29,625 bases of DNA, from NCBI GenBank assembly GCA_000388065.2, contig KB932207.1. One strand, written 5' to 3'. Shown piece after piece: positions 22,707-29,625 of this stretch. The position numbers were made by a program, and so were the translations under genes. This stretch comes from Fonticula alba ATCC 38817. Taxonomy: Eukaryota > Protista > Nucleariida. The notes beneath the pieces were generated by a model, which searched no databases, was not told the DNA's origin, and was given only the letters and a program-made list of their open reading frames with translations. The first letter of the stretch is position 1. Each line of letters begins with the position of its first letter.

Positions 22707-23821
22707 CTGATGGCGGCCGTCCCTGCCTCTCCTGTGACCTTCCGAGGCCGGGCGGCCTCTTTTGTCCCTCCCCCTAGACCCCCCCCCCCCCGCCTTGCAT
22801 GAGCAATAGACATCCCTCCTCTTGATGGGGCAAAGTGTGTGCCCCCCCCCGCCCTCCTCTTGCCACTTGCCCGCTCTGCCCGTCCGCCCGCCCGTTTGCC
22901 CGCTCGCCCGGCTCCCCCGACTGCCGGCGTTTAATTTTACGGCCGGCGCGCGGTTCCAGCGGACCTCCCCGTGGAGCAGGGCTGAAGTGGCACATTTCGC
23001 GATCGAGAGCCTCCCGCGTGCGCAGTTGGGGGGGCGCAGGAACCGGGCAGGGTGTCCCTCCCCCCGCCCAGCCCCCAGCTGATGGCGCGTAATCGTGCAG
23101 CATGACGGACGAGAATCTATTTGGGACAGGTGCAGCACGACGCAGCGACCCGTCCTCCTCCTCCCTCCCATCCCCGCACGCGGGGTGTGTATCGGCCCGG
23201 GGAAAGGACCCGCGTGGGGGAGGGCCGGATGGAAGCCATCGCGAGGGGGGTTTTGTAGGTGGCGTCCTCACACAGGAGGTACTTCGACAAAGGGAGGCTG
23301 GATATATGCCCGAGCAAGCACGCGCCTGGCGATATTCCGCCGTTCACGTCTCTTGTCAGGCATGAGAGAGAGAGAGGGAGAGCGGCCCTTGCGCCTCCCT
23401 TCGTGCCGCGATTGACCTCGCCCACACACGGGCGCTCTCGGGGACTCGGGATCGGGAAGACACACGGCGCCGCTCTCGAAAGCAGGGAGAGATAGGACCA
23501 GGGGGCGAGACAGGGCGGAGGGAGTGGGGGAAGCCAGCTTGAAAAGTGGGTGTCTCCTCGTTCGCCCTTTTCTTCCTCCCCCAAGCTGCTCCTTTAAAGG
23601 CTGGCCAGCACGCCGAGCTGACTGTGTGCGGGTTGACACATCGGGACGCTCTTGTGCGGCACAATTGGCGGCCCCCTCTCTTCTTCCCCCTGCCGAGGTG
23701 CCGGTGCAAACGCACAAGTGGCTCTTTCAGAGGGGGGCTCGACCGGCGGTCGGATGTGCCTCATCTCACAGGCGGCAACATGTGGCCGCATACAGCGCTG
23801 CATGTGACTGCAAATCCACAT

Positions 23822-23892
23822 ACACACACAGACACACATACATCCACACACACACACACACACACACACATACATCCACACACACATACATC

Positions 23893-23969
<77 letters not shown>
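23822..23969 (+). repeat. Imperfect (CA)n microsatellite, about 150 nt
   Basis: Directly visible. Confidence 0.92.
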
Positions 23970-23972
<3 letters not shown>

Positions 23973-26028
23973 CAAAGAGTGGTACACGCGATTGGCAACG
24001 CAGTCACGGGCGGGACGAAAAAGGGCATTCCGAAACCAAAAGCCAAGCCGACAAAGGGGAGCCTGTGTGGAATGCTGGTGCACAAAAATACATCTGTCAT
24101 ATTGTGTGTGCGGATGCAAGTGGGATCGCCGGCGCGCCAAACGACGCATCCATGTGCATTGCCCGGCCGCCCCCCACGCCCACAGGGGGGGGGGCAGCAG
24201 GGGGCGAAAGATCTCGCTCCGGGGCCGCCACATGGCCGTTGTCCTTTGCAGGACGCCGCCCAAACTTCGGACTGTGGGGAGGGGGAGCGACGAGAAAACG
24301 AGCGGCGTTCCCGGGGCGCGCATCATGGCGCGCAAGAGCCCCAAAAGTGTCGGTCCGCCCCGGGTGTCTGCGTGCAGATTGGGGCGAGCGAAGAGTCGCC
24401 CGTTGCACGGCGTGCATCCCCTCCTGTTGATCAATTCGCGAGGGAACATTTCGCAGGCTTTCGTTACACCGGACATGTGCATTGCGCGTGCGTGCGTGCG
24501 TGCGTGTGTGCGTGTGCGTGGATGCGCTTACCATGCGCGCAGCTATCTTTCCCCCAAGGAGGAGACAACGCACGTTCGCACATGCGAAGGGGGGGGGGGG
24601 GGCGATGTGGCAGGGCGTCAAGAAAGCGTGGCACAACGCCGGGCGAAAGAGGATGGCCACCAGGGGAGGGAATGGAGAGTGCTACCCAGGGGGCCATGTC
24701 TGGCCGAGAGGGCCCTTCAATGGCTGCATGATGGCCCCATGCGCGCACACGGGAAACGCGCGGCCGGCCTCCCCACAAGACAAAGGACAAAGTGAAGGAG
24801 GCCCCCCCGGGGGGGGGGGGGGGGGAAAGAAGGGGTGCGCGTGGGTCCGAATGGGTGACGACTCGCTCGGCGTTGTGCAGCGGGCAACCAGGGGGGTGCC
24901 CTTCGGCCTGCTGCTCCCCCGCGCCCTGCTCGCCCTTTTTCGGGGGATCATACGCACACGGGGATGGTTGGGCGCCTTCTCCTCGGAACCCGGGCAAATC
25001 CGCGCTGCCCTGCGCCCTGCCTCTCCCCGACCCTTGTGCGGCGCGGTCATGCACTCTCGTGTGCCTTCCCCCGCGCCCTCGGCTCCTTCTCCCCGTGACT
25101 CTTACACTCGGAAATGAGGCGCACACAAGGCCGTGATCCCAGCGCCTCAAGAACTGGCCCTGGGCCGGAAAAGGACCCGGGAGCGCCAAGAGACTCCCCC
25201 GGTCCACACCTCTGTCAGAACGGCAACAACAAAAAAAAAAGGGGGGCACCAGTGTGGGGGGGGTGTATCTTCACAGCCCTCTCTCGCCCCGCGCAGTTGG
25301 TTGCTCTCGGGATGCGCGCGCGCGCGTGCCTTTGTCTTGCCCTGAGCCTGTGCGCCCCTCTCGCGTGCGGGGGGGAAGGCCACGCATGCCGGACTTACAG
25401 ACGGCAAGCCACGGCACGCAGGACCTCCGTCGCTTTTTCTCTCTCCCAAGAGAGAGAGAGAGAGGGGGGGCGGGAGGAGTCCGGGAAACGGCGACGTGCG
25501 CATGCGCGCGCCCGGCAAGAGATACCAAAATCCGAGGGGCCGAGCCAGGGGGGCATGCAGGCCGAAGGAGAGAAAAAAAAACAGGCACATACACACTTTT
25601 ACACACGCACACGCGGACATACACATGCCCACCTGGAGGTGGACCGGAGAGAGCGTGTGTGTGTGTGTATGTGTGTGTGTGTGTGTGCAGGCGCTTCCGC
25701 CTGAAAGCAAGGGCGCTACCCCCACGCCAGGGGAGAATCACCAACAGACGATGTCCTCTCCCCCTGCCGTGGGCCAAGGTACACACCCAAGGCAGAGGGG
25801 GAATATCAGCGAGAGGGGGGGGGGGGGGCGGGGAGACTGCCCCGTGTCAGAACACAGGGCCCCCCTCACATGCCCTTATCTACCGCGCCCCTTCTGCTCC
25901 GCCGGCGGCATGCATGGCTTTTGCGCACACATGCGCGCCGGCGCGTGATGCGCTCTCGCCGCCGCTCAGAAGCGGAACGGCTGGGCGCCCACAATGCGCG
26001 GGCTGGCGCTCAGATTCTCCGGGGCCCC

Positions 26029-26637
26029 CTAAATGAGGCCCTCCTCGAGGAACCGGGCGCCGCGCTCGGGCTTGAAGGTCCAGCGCATGCTGCTCGGGCT
26101 GCCGGGGGCCGAGGAAAAGCCGGCGCCACTGCGGCCACCCGCCATCATCGGGAGCTGCTGCTGCTGCTGCTGCTGCTGCTGCGCGCCCATGGACAGGGGC
26201 TGGTAGCGACTCTCACTGTGGAAGAAGGTCCGGCCGCCAAGCTGCTGCTGTTGGTGAATGGGCCCCATGGCCCCGGAGCCCGGGCCACGCCAGAGCTCCA
26301 GCGTCGGGGAAAGGTCCCCGGCCGCATCGAGCCCCGCCGCCGGGTGGCGGAACTGCTGGTACGGGACATACCCGCCGCCGCGGGCCGAGAAGCCGCTCGG
26401 GGAGAGGGCCCCGGCCATGGCGTGGCCACTGCTGCCACCGCCCTGGCCAAGGAAGGGGCCCTGCTGCTGGAAGAACTGCCCGGGCCCGCCGCCGCCGCGC
26501 AGGTTGAAGGACCCAGGGCTGGCCGCGGCGTATGGCGAGTTGTAGAAGCGCTGGGTCGGGCCGCCGGCCCAACGGTGCTGGTTCAGCCCGGAGGTCGAGG
26601 ACGCGGAGAAGTCGCTGAAGCTCGACGTCGAGCCGAG

Positions 26638-26678
<41 letters not shown>

Positions 26679-28101
26679 CACTCAGGGGAGCGGCGACGGC
26701 CGCCGGGGCGAGATAGGCCGCGCGGCTGCTGCTGCTGCCGCCGCCGAGAGCCCCGCCGCGCGGTGACCAGCGGCTGCCGCCGGCAAACTGGGCCGGCGGC
26801 CGGCTCAGGAGCTGCTGTTGCATCTGCTCCTTGAACTGGTGCTGCAGCGGGTCGCCCATCATCAGGTAGCCATAGTCGCCGGCGCTGCTGCCGGTCATCA
26901 TCGGGGCACTGCCGCCGGTGGCGCCGTAGTTGGCGGTGTTGCCGCCGCCGCGGCTCAGCGGGCTCCAGCTGGTGTTGGTGTTGCCCTTGAACACGCGCGT
27001 GCTCCCGCTGCCGGACCAGGCATTGAGCGGGGCCGCCGCCTCACCGCCAGCCCGGGGGGACAGCATGTCCCGACCGGCGAAGCGTGGCGACGACCCGCCC
27101 GAGTGCAGGCCCAGCCGCTCGAAGGGGGTCTCCAGGAACTGGTCGGCCCCGCCAAAGTGCTGCTGCTGCTGCTGCTGCTGCTGCTTGATCATGCGGTGGC
27201 TGCCGAAGCCGCTGCCACCGGCCAGCGGCGCGGACGCCTGCTGCTGCTGGGCCCAGCTATCGGAGGTGGAGAACGCCTGCCCGGCATGCCAGTCCTCCCG
27301 GGTGGTGGCCGACAGGAGGGGCTCGGCAAAGGCCTGGCCCCGGCCGCTGCCATTGGTGCAGGCGGGGGTCATGCCGGTGGTTTGCACCCGGCGATTGGTC
27401 GTGCACGCCGGATCGGCGTTGTTGCACCCGGGGCTGCCCCACTTGCCGCTGGGCAGCTTGGCGCAGGACATGGTGCCGGCGGCGGTCGGGCTGCCGGAGA
27501 ATGACCCGCCACCGGGGGCGGCGGCCGAGGACCAGCTGGCCGCATTGCTGGCGCAGTACTGGCCGCTGCTGTCGCCGCCGCAGTCGGCCCCGGTGGAGGC
27601 CCACTTCTGCTGCTGGAAGCCCCCGGACCGGCCGCTGCCGCCCTTCAGGCCGCCGCCGCCGCGCGGGAAGCCCCCACCCGAGTAGGAGGAGGACGAGAAG
27701 CCCTGGCTGGTGAACTGGCCGCCGGCGTGCAGCGGCTCCAGGTGGCGGTTGGCTCCGCCGCTCCCGCGCGGCGACCGCGCCACGGCCTCCTCGAAGGACA
27801 TGTACCCGGCCACCGGCGAGCCGCCGGGGCTCAGCTGGCCGCCGGTCATCCGCGGCGAGGGGGCCGCATTGTAGTACTCCTCACGGTAGCCGCCGGAGCC
27901 GCCTCGCTGCGAGAAGAGGCTGGCATGGGTGCCGCCGCCGCTGCCGCCCCTCAGCCCGCCGGACTGCTGCTGCGAGCGCGAGAACTTGCCGGACGTCGAC
28001 GTCGAGAAGCCGCGGCTGGTGGCGGTGGGGCTGCCACCGCGCGAGCCGGCCACCTGGAAGGTGGTGGTGGTCGGGCTGCCCGGGCTGCCGGTGGTGGTGA
28101 A

Positions 28102-28133
<32 letters not shown>

Positions 28134-29079
28134 TCTGGCTCATGCGCATGGCAGAGCCCGATCCGCTGCCGCCGATCCAGTCATCCTGGCGAGACAGCAT
28201 CGGCTGCTCGGCGCCCAGGCCGAAGCTCTGCCGCATGCCGCCCTGCTGCTGGGCCAGGCCGAAGCTGCACTGGCCCGGGCGCATGCAGGAGGACCCGGCG
28301 CAAGTGGCGCCTCCCGAGAGGGCCATGTCACACATGGCGCTCTTGCGGCTGCTCGCGAAGGCGCCGGCCCCGCCGCCGCTGCCGGACTTCTCCACCGAGT
28401 ACTGCTGGTGCGAGTTGACATTACGCGCGCAGAAGCCCGACGAGGTGGAGCAGCTGCCCATGGCATTGGCGCCGCCGCCGCTGCAGTTCAGGCTCGAGGA
28501 GCAGCTCAGAGCGTCGGAGCTGCAGCTACTGCTGCAGGCACCGAAAGACGACTGCTGCTGGTAGCCGGCCCCGCCCCGAGGCGAGGCAAAGGGACGGTAC
28601 TGGGCCCGCGGGGCGCCGCCAGCCAGCGGCTCGGCCAGCGGCGCGGCGAATGTCTGCGCCCGAGCGGACCCCGCGAACTGGCTGCCGCCCAGCTGCTGCT
28701 CGCTCTTCGGAGGGAAGTGGCTCCGGGTGGAGGACGCCGGCGAGTAGACAATCCGCTGGTTGGTGAAGCCGGTCGGGCTGTCGGGGCCGGCGACGAAGTT
28801 CTTGGTCGCCCAGCCATCATCCGACGGCAGGAGGCCGCCGGACTGCTGCTGGCGCTGCGACGCGCCACCGCCGGCGGCGGTGTAGCGAGGCGGCGATGAT
28901 GAAGACCAGGATGATGAGCTGCCGGCATTGCGCGCGGCGAAGGTCCCGGCGGCGGCGTCGCACGCGCCGGACTGCGTCGCGCAGCCCGGCTCAAAGGCCG
29001 GCACCGGGGCCCGAGTCTGGGTCAGCTCCTGGAGGGTCTGATTGAAAAGGGCCTTCGGTTGGGGGGTCTTTCCGATCAT
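26029..29079 (-). CDS. Uncharacterised ~1016-aa Gly/Ser/Gln-rich low-complexity protein (single coding exon)
   Basis: 3051-nt open frame with strong third-position G/C bias and polyQ/polyS/polyG trinucleotide runs. ATG at 29079 lies just after a TTTTGCAG acceptor. No recognisable folded domain. Confidence 0.8.
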
Positions 29080-29083
29080 TGAT

Positions 29084-29237
29084 CTGCAAAAGGTGCACAC
29101 AAAAGGCGCACCGGGGGCGGCGCGAGGCAGGAGTCAGAACGAGGACCAACAACCCACAAGGGGGGGAGGGAGGAAGGGCACGAGCACGCGGAGGGGGGGG
29201 GGGAGCGAGGACAGACTGAGGGGAGAGGAATAGGCAC
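29084..29237 (-). other. Putative 5'UTR intron (154 nt) of the low-complexity gene
   Basis: Minus strand: CAAG|GTGCCT donor, CTGAC branch-like site, TTTTGCAG acceptor 5 nt before the ATG. The upstream UTR exon has no ATG. Confidence 0.6.
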
Positions 29238-29338
29238 CTTGTATTTGCTAATGTGTAGATAGAACAAACTGTTCAAGGGTGAGTTACTCGTAGATATCTT
29301 TGACCGAACCTGGCCAGCAAGGCGCCCGAGCTGGGGCC

Positions 29339-29345
29339 TTATATA
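29339..29345 (-). promoter_or_regulatory. TATA box (TATATAA) of the minus-strand low-complexity gene
   Basis: CTATATAAG on the minus strand in GC-rich context, about 100 nt upstream of the UTR-intron donor and followed by an AT-rich UTR-like segment. Confidence 0.55.
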
Positions 29346-29625
29346 GATTCTCCCCCCGGGTGGGATCTGCGCACGCCACGGCACCCCGCCGCCGCCCGTC
29401 CCCCCCCCCCCGGCCCACGGCTTCAACACGGAGACGGGGGCAGGGTGCAAGTGCCCCGGGTCCGAGCCTGCTGTTTTTACGCCCCGGCCCGGATGCGCAC
29501 ACGCCATCACCCATTTACGCACAGCGCGACCGGACGCGAACGTGTGCGTCTACGTACACGCACAAACCACGCGACTTGGCGCGAACATACTTGCACACAC
29601 GGCGCCCCTCCCCCCCCCCCCCCCC

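Noticed and set aside
20532-23171. 879-aa and 667-aa minus-strand ORFs
   Set aside because: Antisense shadows of the GC-rich final helicase exon; no motifs.
23524-24795. ORFs with THTHTH or CVCVCV runs
   Set aside because: Translations of the CA/GT microsatellite.
25870-28994. Several long + strand ORFs (298, 228, 251, 390, 211 aa)
   Set aside because: Antisense shadows of the minus-strand low-complexity CDS.

Overview
GC-rich, intron-rich eukaryotic genomic DNA with C-homopolymer/CT-rich introns and GT/CA microsatellites. The style suggests a unicellular opisthokont such as Fonticula, but that is an unverified inference. Most ORFs in the supplied track are shadows of spliced genes. Reconstructed content: (1) the last coding exon of a Mia40/CHCHD4 gene (80-229); (2) six tandem, same-strand genes of the ICT1/ArfB(YaeJ)/Pth4 codon-independent peptidyl-tRNA hydrolase family between 1062 and 16491; (3) a 7-exon, ~1536-aa Srs2/UvrD-type SF1A helicase (17084-22706); (4) a ~1016-aa G/S/Q-rich low-complexity protein on the minus strand (26029-29079) with a TATA box and a 5'UTR intron. 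The main discovery is the ICT1-like array. All six genes have an 83-nt exon 3, five have a 170-nt exon 4 and the intron phases are shared, yet only the first copy keeps the catalytic GGQ. The other five are intact-looking but have remodelled GGQ loops (GGR, RGK, RGY, NDE, or truncated), which suggests a family of release-factor pseudoenzymes. A second highlight is five BRC-like FxxA repeats and a SIM-like motif in the helicase tail. Exon structures were derived by hand from splice signals and homology, not from RNA data.
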